Shown: piece by piece, positions 7,358 through 17,247 of the stretch
How positions within the stretch are numbered: the first letter of the stretch is position 1
Layout of the letters: every line of letters starts with the position of its first letter
From: Escherichia phage ETEP102
DNA length: 48,422 bases
Sequence record: OR979723.1
Strand: one strand, 5' to 3'
The notes under the pieces: generated by a model
Database searches by the model: none
What the model was told of the DNA's origin: nothing
Seen by the model: the letters and a program-made list of their open reading frames with translations, nothing else
Made by a program: the position numbers and the translations under genes

Positions 7358-7578
7358 TGCTGACGTTTGTTTATGGTTTCTTGTTCGCTTCCGTCCTTAT
7401 CGTTTCGATGTCGTGCGCTTGGGATTCTCGGATTGTTAAGCGCGGGTTTCTTGCTCAGGCGCGATACGATGAGAAGAAAAAAGAGTGGCGCGTAGCCTGC
7501 AAGTTCATCTCAGTATTCAAAGAGATCGACGACATCCGATCGGGGCGGAAGCCTGGGGCCATAAAATACGTTGACTGA
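7357..7578 (+). CDS. putative membrane protein (73 aa)
   Basis: Hydrophobic N-terminus FVYGFLFASVLIVSMS; TAATG overlap. Confidence 0.4.
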   Translation: MLTFVYGFLFASVLIVSMSCAWDSRIVKRGFLAQARYDEKKKEWRVACKFISVFKEIDDIRSGRKPGAIKYVD

Positions 7579-7584
7579 TTTATT

Positions 7585-7609
7585 AAGCATCCTTCGGGTT
7601 GCTTTTTTT
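7585..7609 (+). terminator. rho-independent terminator
   Basis: AAGCATCC-TTCG-GGTTGCTT then TTTTTTT. Confidence 0.6.
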
Positions 7610-7621
7610 ATGCCTGCAATC

Positions 7622-7630
7622 TGGTATAAT
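7622..7630 (+). promoter_or_regulatory. extended -10 promoter element TGGTATAAT
   Basis: TGnTATAAT about 30 nt upstream of ATG 7660 with AGAGGA RBS. Confidence 0.45.
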
Positions 7631-7659
7631 TCCTTCCTATTCAACAAGAGGATGAAACC

Positions 7660-8178
7660 ATGAAAGATGAAAACTTCACCAGCGCCGCTCAAGAGAAGGT
7701 GCGTATTGGCAACTTCAAGGAGCTGTACAATAAAAAGTATGGCGACATCGCCAACCTGAGCCATCGTCACCCAATGACGCCTGAAACTGTATTCAATCTT
7801 GCGGTTAAATATTTCTCATGGGCTGAGAGTCAGGCCATTAAGGCGATTGAAACAGCAAGTTTTCAAGGCGTAGTTACTGAGAACCTCGTGCATAAGCATC
7901 GCATTTTCACTTTAAACGGATTCTGCCTGTACTGCGGAGTTACAGCAAGCTCAATCCAGAGCTGGCGCGCATCACCTGGATTTGCTGAGGTCGTTGAGTT
8001 CATTGACGCTGTAATACATGAGCAAAAATATCAGCTCGCCGCTTCCAACCTCATCAACGCCGGATTCGTAGGTAAAGAGATCGGAATCGACAAGGCCGCT
8101 GAGGTCAACGTAAGCAATGTAGTGAATGACACTCAAACGATTGAGGATGCCGTGAAAAGCGTACTTGATAAGATTTGA
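7660..8178 (+). CDS. putative terminase small subunit
   Basis: 172-aa ORF at head of packaging module, upstream of large terminase; call by position only. Confidence 0.45.
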   Translation: MKDENFTSAAQEKVRIGNFKELYNKKYGDIANLSHRHPMTPETVFNLAVKYFSWAESQAIKAIETASFQGVVTENLVHKHRIFTLNGFCLYCGVTASSIQSWRASPGFAEVVEFIDAVIHEQKYQLAASNLINAGFVGKEIGIDKAAEVNVSNVVNDTQTIEDAVKSVLDKI

Positions 8179-8205
8179 TAAACTTAGGATATGTTGATAA
8201 TATAA

Positions 8206-8235
8206 CCCCTGACAATTAATGTTTAGGGGTTTTTT
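8206..8235 (+). terminator. hairpin plus T-run, terminator-like
   Basis: CCCCT-(14-nt loop)-AGGGG then TTTTTT directly before ATG 8236. Confidence 0.4.
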
Positions 8236-8748
8236 ATGATTAATGCAAAGCAGTTGCCAGACCTATCAATTCTAAACCATATATTTGATTATGATCCTGA
8301 GAGCGGCGTGCTTTACTGGAAGAACCCAACCAGTAAGAGGGTGAGGCCTGGCCGTGAGGCTGGAACGCTGCATAAACCAAGTGGAAGGTTACAGGTTCAA
8401 ATATCAGGTAGCATCTACAAAGTATCAAGAGTTGTGTTTTACATGCACTACGGAAGGCAACCAGAAGGAGTTGTTGACCATGTTGATCACAACACTCTGA
8501 ACAACAGGCCTGATAATTTAAGGGATGCCACGATGAGTCAGAACGGAATGAATAAATCAATGCAGTCAAATAATACATCTGGATATAAAGGCGTTAGCTT
8601 CCATAAAGGCAGGGGTGAGTTTATAGCTTACGCAAAAGTTGACGGAAAGATGGTGTTTGGTGGGTGGCATAAATCAGCGATAGACGCCGCTTACTCAGCA
8701 GCAAATCTAAGAGAAAAATTGCACGGAGAATTTGTACATCATGGCTAA
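8236..8748 (+). CDS. HNH homing endonuclease
   Basis: VVDHVDHNTLNNRPDNLR HNH core; YKGVSF...FIAYAKVDGK AP2-like tail; inserted between terminase genes. Confidence 0.8.
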   Translation: MINAKQLPDLSILNHIFDYDPESGVLYWKNPTSKRVRPGREAGTLHKPSGRLQVQISGSIYKVSRVVFYMHYGRQPEGVVDHVDHNTLNNRPDNLRDATMSQNGMNKSMQSNNTSGYKGVSFHKGRGEFIAYAKVDGKMVFGGWHKSAIDAAYSAANLREKLHGEFVHHG

Positions 8749-10321
8749 CAAAATATTGATTTGGGAAGAATTGACGCAAAGGGAAAAGTCGGTAGTGAAG
8801 GTGATGAGCGAAAGGTCTTTTAGTGATTTTATGCGCATATGGTTCGCTTTGATACAGGCTCAAAAGTTTAGGTCTAATTGGCACTTCAACTACCTTTGCT
8901 GGAAGGTTGAGCAGATAATCAACGGTGAGATACAAAACATCATATTCAACATTACCCCAGGCTCTGGCAAGACTGAGATCTTCTCCATTCACATGCCAGT
9001 GTATTGCATGTTCAGGAGCGAGAAGATAAGGAATCTTAACCTCTCATTCTCTGATAGTCTCGTTAAGGATAACGGGATCAGGACGCGTGAGATTATCGGG
9101 TCTGATGAGTTCCAGGAGCTTTGGCCATGCAAACTAGCAAAGGCTTCAGGTGGTGACATTACCGCTCTAAACTCAAAGGAAAAGGCATGGTTAACTCTAA
9201 CTTCACGTGCGATCGGTGGTCAGGTAACTGGTAAGCGTGGCGGTTATATGGATGATGGCTTCACCGGAATGCTGACGCTTGATGACCCTGAGAAGCCGAA
9301 AGACCTATACTCAGCAGTAAAGAGAAAGGCTGGTCACACGCTGCTAAAGAACACCGTTCGATCGCGAAGAATGAATGACAAGACACCATGCGTTGTTGTT
9401 CAGCAGCGACTACACGTAAACGATGCGACGTGGTTCCTGATGAATGGCGGCATGGGTGGGATGGAGTTTGAGCAGGTAATCATTCCGGCTCTGGTAACTG
9501 AGGAATACAGAGACACGCTTCCTGACTGGTTGAAAGAAGAGTTTGACCGCGACGTTTTATCGTCAGAGCCTGTTGAGATTGATGGTGTTAAGCATTATTC
9601 ATTCTGGCCTGCAAAAGAAAGCGCGCAAAGTTTACTGGCGTTACGCGAAGCTGACCTGTACACCTTCGAGTCTCAGTATCAGCAAAAGCCTATCGCGCTC
9701 GGTGGTAACGCATTCAAATCGGAATGGTTCCAGTATTACGGCGATGGTGAGAAAGCCAGCATGCCAAAACCTGAACGATTCGAGTACCTTTTCACCACTG
9801 CGGATACAGCTCAAAAGGCTGAGGAGATACACGACTACAGCGTATTTGTTTTGTGGGGTAAGTATAAGGATCGCATTTATTTCATTGATGGCATACGCGG
9901 AAAGTGGGAAGCTCCAGAGCTTGAGAAGATGGCATTGAACTTTTACGGTAATTGTTTCAAGTGGGCCAAGGAGAATCGGGTGTCACTTCGCAGGGTTTAC
10001 ATTGAAGACAAGGCAAGCGGAACGGGCCTGATCCAGTCAATCAATAAGAAGCTGCCTATTGACATTACGCCAGTTCAGCGAGATACAGATAAGGTTACTC
10101 GCGCAATGGATGCGGCACCAATCATGAAGGCAGGGCGGATCGTGTTTCCAGAATCACATCCAATGCTTACCGACATGGAGGCGGAACTCATTGGGTTCAC
10201 ATTTGACGATAGCCATCCTCACGATGACATCGTGGATAACGTGGTTGACGCTGGCAACTTCGAAATGAACTTGCTTGACGATCCTGTAGCGAGAATGAAG
10301 CGACTGGCGGGACTTAAATAA
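8741..10321 (+). CDS. terminase large subunit
   Basis: Walker A-like ITPGSGKTEIFS; 527 aa; ATG 8741 (track start TTG 8732). Confidence 0.8.
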   Translation: MANKILIWEELTQREKSVVKVMSERSFSDFMRIWFALIQAQKFRSNWHFNYLCWKVEQIINGEIQNIIFNITPGSGKTEIFSIHMPVYCMFRSEKIRNLNLSFSDSLVKDNGIRTREIIGSDEFQELWPCKLAKASGGDITALNSKEKAWLTLTSRAIGGQVTGKRGGYMDDGFTGMLTLDDPEKPKDLYSAVKRKAGHTLLKNTVRSRRMNDKTPCVVVQQRLHVNDATWFLMNGGMGGMEFEQVIIPALVTEEYRDTLPDWLKEEFDRDVLSSEPVEIDGVKHYSFWPAKESAQSLLALREADLYTFESQYQQKPIALGGNAFKSEWFQYYGDGEKASMPKPERFEYLFTTADTAQKAEEIHDYSVFVLWGKYKDRIYFIDGIRGKWEAPELEKMALNFYGNCFKWAKENRVSLRRVYIEDKASGTGLIQSINKKLPIDITPVQRDTDKVTRAMDAAPIMKAGRIVFPESHPMLTDMEAELIGFTFDDSHPHDDIVDNVVDAGNFEMNLLDDPVARMKRLAGLK

Positions 10322-10333
10322 GAGTGATAAACT

Positions 10334-10356
10334 AGCCCCTTAAATGGGGCTTTTTA
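10334..10356 (+). terminator. rho-independent terminator
   Basis: AGCCCC-TTAAAT-GGGGCT then TTTTT; followed by GGAG and ATG. Confidence 0.6.
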
Positions 10357-10370
10357 TTGGAGTAAACAAA

Positions 10371-11645
10371 ATGGTAAAAGCAGATTCATACGCAAGCCAA
10401 TTCCTCTCGGGGGATGATGGTAGCGAGATTTACGGCCACTTCGGTAGCGCATACCTTGAGCCGCAATACGCTGATTCACTGTACGTGGCCAACTCACTGG
10501 TTCGTAGAATTGTTGATACTGTGCCAGAGACTGCGATCGCGGCAGGCTTTCATATCGACGGCGTTAATGATGAGGGTGAGTTCTGGTCTCGCTGGGATTA
10601 TCTTAAGGTTAACGAGTCAATCTCTGATGCATGGTCATGGGCGCGTCTATTTGGTGGGTCCGCAATCGTGGCTATCGTCAAGGACAATCGCGCTCTAACA
10701 AGTCCTGTTCGTGAAGGGGCAGAACTTGAATCACTTCGAGTGTATGACCGTAGCCAGATTAAGGTTTGGACTAAGGAGGAGAATCCTCGCAACGTTAGAT
10801 TTGGTAAGCCACTAACATACCGAATAAATCCAACTGGAAGTGATACGTTCTACGATATTCACTATTCACGCGTTCACGTAATGGATGGAGATAAGGTTCC
10901 AAACTCACTTCGTAGAGGTAATGACGGATGGGGTGCAAGCGTCTTAGTCCCTGACCTCATGGCGGCAATCAATGACTACGACGTCTGTGAGAAACTGGCA
11001 ACTCAGTTACTGCGCCGTAAGCAACAGGCGGTATGGAAAGCCAAGGGATTGGCTGAATTGTGCGATGACAATGAAGGATTCGGTGCTGCAAGGTTAAGGT
11101 TGGCGCAGGTTGATGATAACTCAGGAGTGGGGCGAGCGATTGGCATCGATGCAGAGGCTGAGGAATACGACGTCCTGAACTCTGATATTAGTGGCATCGA
11201 CTCGTTTCTGGAGAGTAAATTCAACAGGATTGTTGCTCTGAGCGGCATTCATGAAATCATTCTTAAAGGTCAGAACACTGGCGGCGTATCATCAAGTCAG
11301 AACACAGCATTGGAGACTTTCCATAAGATGGTTGATCGCAAGCGCAACGAGGAGCTGCTTCCAGTGCTTGGTTTCTTAATTCCGTTCATCGCAACGGAGA
11401 AAGAGTGGTCAGTTGAATTTAACCCACTGGCTCAGGAGTCCAATCTGGACCGCGCCAAGGTACTGAAGGATAACGTTGACTCAATTACTGCACTCATCAC
11501 TAATGGAATAATGGATGCTGATGAGGCGAGAGATACCTTGCGTGCAATTGCTCCAGAAGTTAAGATTGGTGAAGGTTCAATTGAGACAGAGGTAACGATT
11601 AATGAAACAAGTAACGACCCGCTGGACGTATCCGCAGGCGATTGA
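10371..11645 (+). CDS. portal protein
   Basis: 424-aa ORF directly after large terminase; ATG 10371 with GGAG upstream. Confidence 0.7.
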   Translation: MVKADSYASQFLSGDDGSEIYGHFGSAYLEPQYADSLYVANSLVRRIVDTVPETAIAAGFHIDGVNDEGEFWSRWDYLKVNESISDAWSWARLFGGSAIVAIVKDNRALTSPVREGAELESLRVYDRSQIKVWTKEENPRNVRFGKPLTYRINPTGSDTFYDIHYSRVHVMDGDKVPNSLRRGNDGWGASVLVPDLMAAINDYDVCEKLATQLLRRKQQAVWKAKGLAELCDDNEGFGAARLRLAQVDDNSGVGRAIGIDAEAEEYDVLNSDISGIDSFLESKFNRIVALSGIHEIILKGQNTGGVSSSQNTALETFHKMVDRKRNEELLPVLGFLIPFIATEKEWSVEFNPLAQESNLDRAKVLKDNVDSITALITNGIMDADEARDTLRAIAPEVKIGEGSIETEVTINETSNDPLDVSAGD

Positions 11646-12339
11646 GAATCAGATTAACCGCAACCTTAGCGTTGCGGTAACTGAACTTGTATCTGCGATG
11701 AAGGACTCAGCGACAAGACTTAAGATTGACTCAGCGGAAGAGTTGGAGCAAGAGGATGGCTATCTTGATACCATTATAGCAGCGCTTCTTGCTTCTGTTG
11801 TCTCTACTCTGCCAGCCATTGGTGCCGCTATATACAGACAAAATTCAGCCAGGTTCCTGGTGCTGGCAATCAAGACTGGTGGCAAGTCATCTCCATCAGT
11901 TCTTGATCTGAAAGTTAACGGAATTAACGGAAACGAGTCATGGTATCGAGATGAGATGAGTCAGTGGATTTTCACCACGCGCAAATCAGCCAGCAAACTA
12001 CTTAACAATATCAAAGATGACTTTATTCAGACGGCCAGCCAGATTCAGACAGGAGATCACGTTAATTTGGCTGATAAGTACAAGATTTACCGCAAGAGAA
12101 CTGCTAATATAGCATCTGGAATTACGGCAAGCTTGAACTCCACTCTCATGCGCAGGCGGCTTGAGGATGCAGGCGTTAGCGAATACATATGGCATGGAAT
12201 GCTTGATGATCGAGAGAGATTATCTCACATCGCGCGAGAGGGTAAGAGCTTCAGCTTAAATAGCACTGATATTTTTCCCGGTCAGGAATACGGATGTCGC
12301 TGTTGGGCTGTGCCAGATTGGGAATCAGCAAAGGAGTAA
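11602..12339 (+). CDS. head morphogenesis protein (Mu F / SPP1 gp7-like)
   Basis: C-terminal GKSFSLNSTDIFPGQEYGCRCW typical of the family; follows portal. Confidence 0.6.
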   Translation: MKQVTTRWTYPQAIENQINRNLSVAVTELVSAMKDSATRLKIDSAEELEQEDGYLDTIIAALLASVVSTLPAIGAAIYRQNSARFLVLAIKTGGKSSPSVLDLKVNGINGNESWYRDEMSQWIFTTRKSASKLLNNIKDDFIQTASQIQTGDHVNLADKYKIYRKRTANIASGITASLNSTLMRRRLEDAGVSEYIWHGMLDDRERLSHIAREGKSFSLNSTDIFPGQEYGCRCWAVPDWESAKE

Positions 12340-12341
12340 AA

Positions 12342-13451
12342 ATGAAAGCAAAAGTTCGTTATGACTCGGCGAGTGTAAAGGCTCGCTTCGATGAAAATGG
12401 TTTTCTGGTGGACACGCCTGTCGTTGCGCGTGTCGGGGTGCAATCATACTTCCTGCCAGATGGATCTGAGCGTCGAGAGTTCAGACCAGCATCGGAGGTA
12501 TTCAAGCCTGATTCACTGGCAAGCTACCAGGGCAAGCCGATTACCTTGGGTCACGTGTTTGTTAACGTGGACAACGCGAAACAGGTTGTTGTGGGATCTG
12601 TGTCTGGATCAGCTGTGCGTCAGGACTCTAACGTTGTCGTTCCACTAACCGTCTACGACAAGGAATCCATTGAGAAAGCAAAGTCAGGTGTTGCTGGTGA
12701 GCTATCTGTGGGCTATTCTACTGTTGATGTTGAGACTCCTGGTTGGGGTAGCAATGAGACTGGAGAGTATAAGTTGGATGGAGATTACGATTCGCAAGAT
12801 GACATTCCTTCTGACTGGGTTCGCTTTGACGCGCTGCAAACTAACATCGTTGTCAACCACGTTGCCATGGTCTATAAAGGTCGAGCTGGTGTGGCGAAAT
12901 TGAATATGGACTCCCAGCAAGAAAACCCGTATACTGATGACGTTAAATCAAACATTGAGGAAAAAGACATGACAGTAAGATTGACTCAGCGGAAGGCGGA
13001 AGTTGAGGTAAGCAAGGATGTTGCAGACCACATTGCCAAACTTGATTCCGCCATTGAAGCGCAGAAGGCTAAAGTAGACACCATTGAAGCCGAACGCGAC
13101 GCACTGAAGGCGAAAGTTGACGGCATTCCCGCAGAGATTGAAAAGGCTGTTAAAGCTGCTAAAGCTGACGCTGAAGCGCTGGCCGCTCTGGTTACTGTAG
13201 CTACCGAGGCTGGTGTTAAGGCGGATGGTCTTGATGCTAAAGGTATCAAAGTTGCCTACGTTAAAGAAGTGTCTGGCCTTGACGTTTCTGAGAAATCTGA
13301 CGCATATATCGACGCGGCGTTCGACATTGCCAAGGATTCTGATAAAATGGCTGAAGTTCGTAAAGCTACTGTAGCTTCCGAAAAATCTGACGCAGATGAC
13401 GCACCTAAAAAATTAGACCCGCGCGCTCGTCTGGCTAAAATCAAAAAGTAA
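12342..13451 (+). CDS. putative scaffold (possibly protease-scaffold) protein
   Basis: ATG 12342 with AAGGAG upstream; Ala/Lys/Glu-rich coiled-coil-like C-terminus KAKVDTIEAERDALKAKVDGIPAEIEKAVKAAKADAEALAAL. Confidence 0.45.
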   Translation: MKAKVRYDSASVKARFDENGFLVDTPVVARVGVQSYFLPDGSERREFRPASEVFKPDSLASYQGKPITLGHVFVNVDNAKQVVVGSVSGSAVRQDSNVVVPLTVYDKESIEKAKSGVAGELSVGYSTVDVETPGWGSNETGEYKLDGDYDSQDDIPSDWVRFDALQTNIVVNHVAMVYKGRAGVAKLNMDSQQENPYTDDVKSNIEEKDMTVRLTQRKAEVEVSKDVADHIAKLDSAIEAQKAKVDTIEAERDALKAKVDGIPAEIEKAVKAAKADAEALAALVTVATEAGVKADGLDAKGIKVAYVKEVSGLDVSEKSDAYIDAAFDIAKDSDKMAEVRKATVASEKSDADDAPKKLDPRARLAKIKK

Positions 13452-13462
13452 GGAGATTCATT

Positions 13463-13942
13463 ATGGCAATTCGTTCCGTAGCACTGGCAGGCATGGTATC
13501 TGATACTTCCCTGTATAATATCGACGGCGCTTGTGTAGTTGGCGGTGCAGCATCAATTCCGGTTGGCACTGTTGTTAAGTTTACAACCGCTCAGCCTGTG
13601 GATGGGCACAAGATTATTGAAGCAAGTGACCTCACTACAGGTAATTCTCTCGGTGTGGTTGTTCGCTCTCATTATGAGACACCTGATGGCACCGCTCGCG
13701 TAAATGAAGCGGTTAACGTAATGACTCACGGTCGTATCTGGGTTCGAACTGATATTTCGTTAGCTTCCGACGTAGTCTTCGGCGCTCCCGTTAAAGTATC
13801 TGCAACTGGTATCGTCCAGAAGGAAGGCACTGTTGAAACTGGCTGGACTTTTGCTGGTGGTTACATCGCAAACACTGGCAAAGACCCGCAAAACCTGAGC
13901 CCCGATGGCGCGCTGGTTGAAGTTCAGGTTAAGCAAAAGTAA
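13463..13942 (+). CDS. putative head decoration/minor capsid protein
   Basis: 159-aa ORF between scaffold and major capsid genes; AGGAG RBS; call by position. Confidence 0.4.
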   Translation: MAIRSVALAGMVSDTSLYNIDGACVVGGAASIPVGTVVKFTTAQPVDGHKIIEASDLTTGNSLGVVVRSHYETPDGTARVNEAVNVMTHGRIWVRTDISLASDVVFGAPVKVSATGIVQKEGTVETGWTFAGGYIANTGKDPQNLSPDGALVEVQVKQK

Positions 13943-13960
13943 TTGAGTGAAATGTAAACT

Positions 13961-13983
13961 AACCTCCTTCTGGAGGTTTTTTA
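13961..13983 (+). terminator. rho-independent terminator
   Basis: AACCTCC-TTCT-GGAGGTT then TTTTATT. Confidence 0.65.
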
Positions 13984-13995
13984 TTGTCCAAATCA

Positions 13996-14004
13996 TGTTA
14001 CAAT
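13996..14004 (+). promoter_or_regulatory. extended -10-like element TGTTACAAT
   Basis: Upstream of mini-ORF 14040. Confidence 0.35.
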
Positions 14005-14039
14005 GGCTTTTACCACACTAAACGAAAGGAGAGTACAAA

Positions 14040-14120
14040 ATGGCACTTAATTTTAAGCAAATCACAGCCGATACAACTTACAACCTTGATAATGAAGATG
14101 TGAAATGTGATGATAATTAA
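14040..14120 (+). CDS. mini-ORF (26 aa) with strong RBS upstream of capsid gene
   Basis: AAAGGAGAG 7 nt upstream of ATG; MALNFKQITADTTYNLDNEDVKCDDN. Confidence 0.25.
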   Translation: MALNFKQITADTTYNLDNEDVKCDDN

Positions 14121-14166
14121 GCTAAAAAAATACTTGCCAGATACCATTGTTCACCTGAGAGAATCG

Positions 14167-14174
14167 TGTATAAT
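14167..14174 (+). promoter_or_regulatory. extended -10 promoter TGTATAAT
   Basis: 35 nt upstream of ATG 14210; leader AACGAAAGGA. Confidence 0.45.
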
Positions 14175-14209
14175 TAACCCGTAAACTCATAACGAAAGGA
14201 AATTACAGA

Positions 14210-15160
14210 ATGACTATCAAATTTGATGCTGAAAAGGAAAAAATCATTAACCACCTGCGCGAAATGGGCGTTGAAAAGGCTGATGCGGCTGGCATCTGGA
14301 CCGTCAAGCAGCTTATCGCCACCCTGAATCGCGCTTACGAAAAAGAGTACCCGGACAATTCAGTAGTTAAGATTTTCCCGGTCAGTAACGAGATTCCTTC
14401 TCATGCTAAATACTTCGAGTATCCGGAGTTCGACGGTGTATCTATCGCGCAGATTATCGCAGATTACTCCGATGACCTTCCGCTGGTTGACGCATTCATG
14501 ACTGAGAAGCAGGGCAAGGTTTTCCGCTTTGGTAACGCATTCCTGATTTCTACTGACGAAATCATGGCTGGCGCTGCTACTGGTCAATCGCTGTCAGCTC
14601 GCAAGCAGGCATTGGCATTCGAAGCGCACGATAACCTGCTTGATAAGCTGGTGTGGAAAGGCTCCTCTCCTCACGGTATCAAGTCAGTATTTAACGCTGA
14701 TAACGTAAACCAGGTTGAGGCCAACCCTACAGGATGGGCTAGCGCGGCTGATGCGGTTGCTGATGTCACCAACATGATTGACGCTATTGAGACTGCGACT
14801 CAAGGCCTTCATAGTGCAACTCACATCATTCTTCCGGCATCAGCTCGTCGATTGATGCAGGTATTGGTTCCTATGACCACAATTAGTTACGGTGAGTTGT
14901 TCACTCGTAACAACCCTGGCGTTAGCGTTAGGTATCTGCAGTTCCTGGACAACTACGATGACGCAGGTGGTAAAGCTGCACTGGCTTTCGAGTATGACCC
15001 GCTTAACCTGGCCATCGAGATTCCAGAAGCCACCAACGTACTGCCTGGGCAGCCGAAGGATTTGCACTTTAAGTATCCTGTTACATCAAAGTCTACGGGT
15101 TTGATTATCTTCCGCCCACTGACAGTTTCTGTCCTAAAGGGCATTACCTACCCTGCGTAA
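14210..15160 (+). CDS. major capsid protein
   Basis: 316-aa ORF with own promoter, strong RBS GAAAGGA and terminator after it; position after scaffold and decoration genes. Confidence 0.6.
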   Translation: MTIKFDAEKEKIINHLREMGVEKADAAGIWTVKQLIATLNRAYEKEYPDNSVVKIFPVSNEIPSHAKYFEYPEFDGVSIAQIIADYSDDLPLVDAFMTEKQGKVFRFGNAFLISTDEIMAGAATGQSLSARKQALAFEAHDNLLDKLVWKGSSPHGIKSVFNADNVNQVEANPTGWASAADAVADVTNMIDAIETATQGLHSATHIILPASARRLMQVLVPMTTISYGELFTRNNPGVSVRYLQFLDNYDDAGGKAALAFEYDPLNLAIEIPEATNVLPGQPKDLHFKYPVTSKSTGLIIFRPLTVSVLKGITYPA

Positions 15161-15174
15161 GTTAAAGCCAAATA

Positions 15175-15198
15175 GCCATCCTTCGGGGTGGCTTTTTT
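15175..15198 (+). terminator. rho-independent terminator
   Basis: GCCATCC-TTCG-GGGTGGC then TTTTTT. Confidence 0.65.
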
Positions 15199-15244
15199 GT
15201 CTGTGTGGGTATATAATCAAGCAATCAAAACAAAGGAGGAAAAC

Positions 15245-15490
15245 ATGATTACTTTAGAACATACTGGCGCTTGTCTTATTATGATGCGCGGAAAGCGGTT
15301 ACTGCCTGGCGACACTATCGAGGTCGATGAGCTGAGTGATGGTATTAAGAGTTTCATCGCAGAAGGTAGGTTGACTATTAGCAATGACACCAAGAAGCAA
15401 AAGCAGATTGTTGATGAGGTTGTTGGCGCTAAGAAGAAGAAGGAACCCAAAACCATCTCAGAAGCTGAGAAAGGTTTAGAGTACAAATAA
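15245..15490 (+). CDS. hypothetical protein (81 aa), head module
   Basis: ATG 15245 with AAAGGAGG upstream; Lys-rich C-terminus. Confidence 0.45.
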   Translation: MITLEHTGACLIMMRGKRLLPGDTIEVDELSDGIKSFIAEGRLTISNDTKKQKQIVDEVVGAKKKKEPKTISEAEKGLEYK

Positions 15491-15497
15491 ATCACAT

Positions 15498-15519
15498 GGA
15501 CGCTTCGGCGTCCGTTTTT
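15498..15519 (+). terminator. rho-independent terminator
   Basis: GGACGC-TTCG-GCGTCC then GTTTTT. Confidence 0.6.
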
Positions 15520-15532
15520 GTATGGAGGCAAT

Positions 15533-15640
15533 ATGTTGTTATTTTTAGCAGTTATGTCGCTACTACTATTCATCCCACTTTCTTTAGTTGGTTTGATTCT
15601 TCTTATTGGATTCATTAAAGGCGGTCCATCCTGGAGGTAA
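15533..15640 (+). CDS. small hydrophobic peptide (35 aa, single predicted TM helix)
   Basis: GGAGG 5 nt upstream of ATG; MLLFLAVMSLLLFIPLSLVGLILLIGFIKGGPSWR; stop 2 nt before next ATG. Confidence 0.35.
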   Translation: MLLFLAVMSLLLFIPLSLVGLILLIGFIKGGPSWR

Positions 15641-15641
15641 T

Positions 15642-16040
15642 ATGAACGAAGATATTTTATCTTTCATGCGAGGACTTGCTCCGGCATTGAAATCAGTTTC
15701 AGACGAAACGCTTAACGTGTGGATTGACCTAGCCAGGCTTTTCGTGTGCGAAAGCAAGTTTGGCACTGACGCATATAAGGCAACAGGCCTGTACGCCATG
15801 CACCTGATGTTTCTTGATGGAGCTATGAAGGCAGAGAATGAGAGTATTGAGAACTACTCACGCAGGCTGGCAAGTTACTCCCTGACCGGTGAGTTCTCCA
15901 TGACATACGGCAGTGTTACCACAAATACAGATGGAAGGCAGATTACCCAGACCCCATGGGGTAAGATGTACGACATCCTCAACAAGAAAAAAGGCGGCGG
16001 ATTTGGCCTTCTTTCAGGAATGCGTAGAGGTTGTTGCTAA
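15642..16040 (+). CDS. putative head-tail connector/head completion protein
   Basis: 132-aa ORF, ATG 15642 with GGAGG upstream; call by position between capsid and tail genes. Confidence 0.35.
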   Translation: MNEDILSFMRGLAPALKSVSDETLNVWIDLARLFVCESKFGTDAYKATGLYAMHLMFLDGAMKAENESIENYSRRLASYSLTGEFSMTYGSVTTNTDGRQITQTPWGKMYDILNKKKGGGFGLLSGMRRGCC

Positions 16041-16420
16041 TGGTAAACTATGATGAAGTTCAAAGATTAACCAATCAGGGCATCAACGCTTTCTCTGGCA
16101 ATAATGAGATCGGCTTCGATATCATCATCACTGGCGGAGGTGTTCAGATGGTTGATGGCGAAGAAGTCAAAGTGCCCGAGGTTCGCGGGAAAGTTTTCGG
16201 CGCTGTGCGTGCGATCAGTTACCACATGATTGATGGTGAGTCTATCAAGCTGGGTGATAAGCGAGCTTTCTTTTCTAACGTGACGCCGATTGAAAACGGG
16301 ATGATTATCATCCTTGAGGGCCAACATTGGCGTGTCGTGGATAGCCGACCAGTTAACCCAACTCAATCTCACGTTATCGCTTACCGTCCGATACTTCGCA
16401 AGGTGGCTACTCATGGCTAA
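16040..16420 (+). CDS. putative head-tail joining protein
   Basis: TAATG-coupled 126-aa ORF in neck region. Confidence 0.35.
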   Translation: MVNYDEVQRLTNQGINAFSGNNEIGFDIIITGGGVQMVDGEEVKVPEVRGKVFGAVRAISYHMIDGESIKLGDKRAFFSNVTPIENGMIIILEGQHWRVVDSRPVNPTQSHVIAYRPILRKVATHG

Positions 16421-16856
16421 CTACATCGTCAGGAAGTTCCAGGGCGATATAGATAAGTGGATTAAACAGGTTAAATCAGGCCTTGATGACGTAATTCGTG
16501 AGTTCGTCAAGGCTGTTCATGCTGATTTAGTTAAAGGATCACCAGTTGATACTGGTCGTTTCAGGGCTAACTGGCAGATAACATACAACCACATCCCGAT
16601 GTACGCACTGAATGAGTACGATAAATCAGGTAGTAAAACCATCGCGTCAGGCATAAGGACGGCTAACGCATTGCCTTTAGGTCGTGGCGGTGCGGTGACT
16701 ACCATCCACTTTTCCAACATGCTGATATATGCCAATGCTCTTGAGTACGGTCACTCTAAACAGGCTCCCGCTGGCGTGCTTGGCGTGGTTGCGGTAAGAT
16801 TGAGATCCTATATATCGCAGGCAATCATTGAATCAAGGAGAAAAAATGGTTTATGA
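16413..16856 (+). CDS. putative neck protein (HK97 gp10-like)
   Basis: ATG 16413; motif SPVDTGRFRANW resembles that family as recalled; overlaps neighbours. Confidence 0.4.
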   Translation: MANYIVRKFQGDIDKWIKQVKSGLDDVIREFVKAVHADLVKGSPVDTGRFRANWQITYNHIPMYALNEYDKSGSKTIASGIRTANALPLGRGGAVTTIHFSNMLIYANALEYGHSKQAPAGVLGVVAVRLRSYISQAIIESRRKNGL

Positions 16857-17247
16857 CGATTATGATCTGGCTAAGGCGGCTCGCGTCGCCTTGTTCCAGG
16901 AGTTCGGCAGCAGGTTTAAAATAATGGCTGAGAACGTGGAGTTCAAAGAACCTAATGACGGAGGAACATGGCTAAAGTTTGATTACATGCCCGCTGAGAA
17001 AACCTACAAATCCTTGAGTCGTAAGTGCATCAGGATTCGCGGCCTCGTTCAGATTGGCATCGTATTCTCACCTGACACTGGCACTGACGAAGCCCGTAGG
17101 CTGGCGAAAGAAATTGCTAATTTCTTCGAAGATGGTAAAATCCTCTCTGTAGGTTTTATTTTTGAAGGTGCGAGCCAAAAGCCCGTACAGAAATCACAAA
17201 GAGGCTGGTTAATACCGATCCGCTTCACAGTACAACACGACGAATAA
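16846..17247 (+). CDS. putative tail completion protein
   Basis: ATG 16846 with AAGGAG upstream; position before major tail gene. Confidence 0.35.
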   Translation: MVYDDYDLAKAARVALFQEFGSRFKIMAENVEFKEPNDGGTWLKFDYMPAEKTYKSLSRKCIRIRGLVQIGIVFSPDTGTDEARRLAKEIANFFEDGKILSVGFIFEGASQKPVQKSQRGWLIPIRFTVQHDE

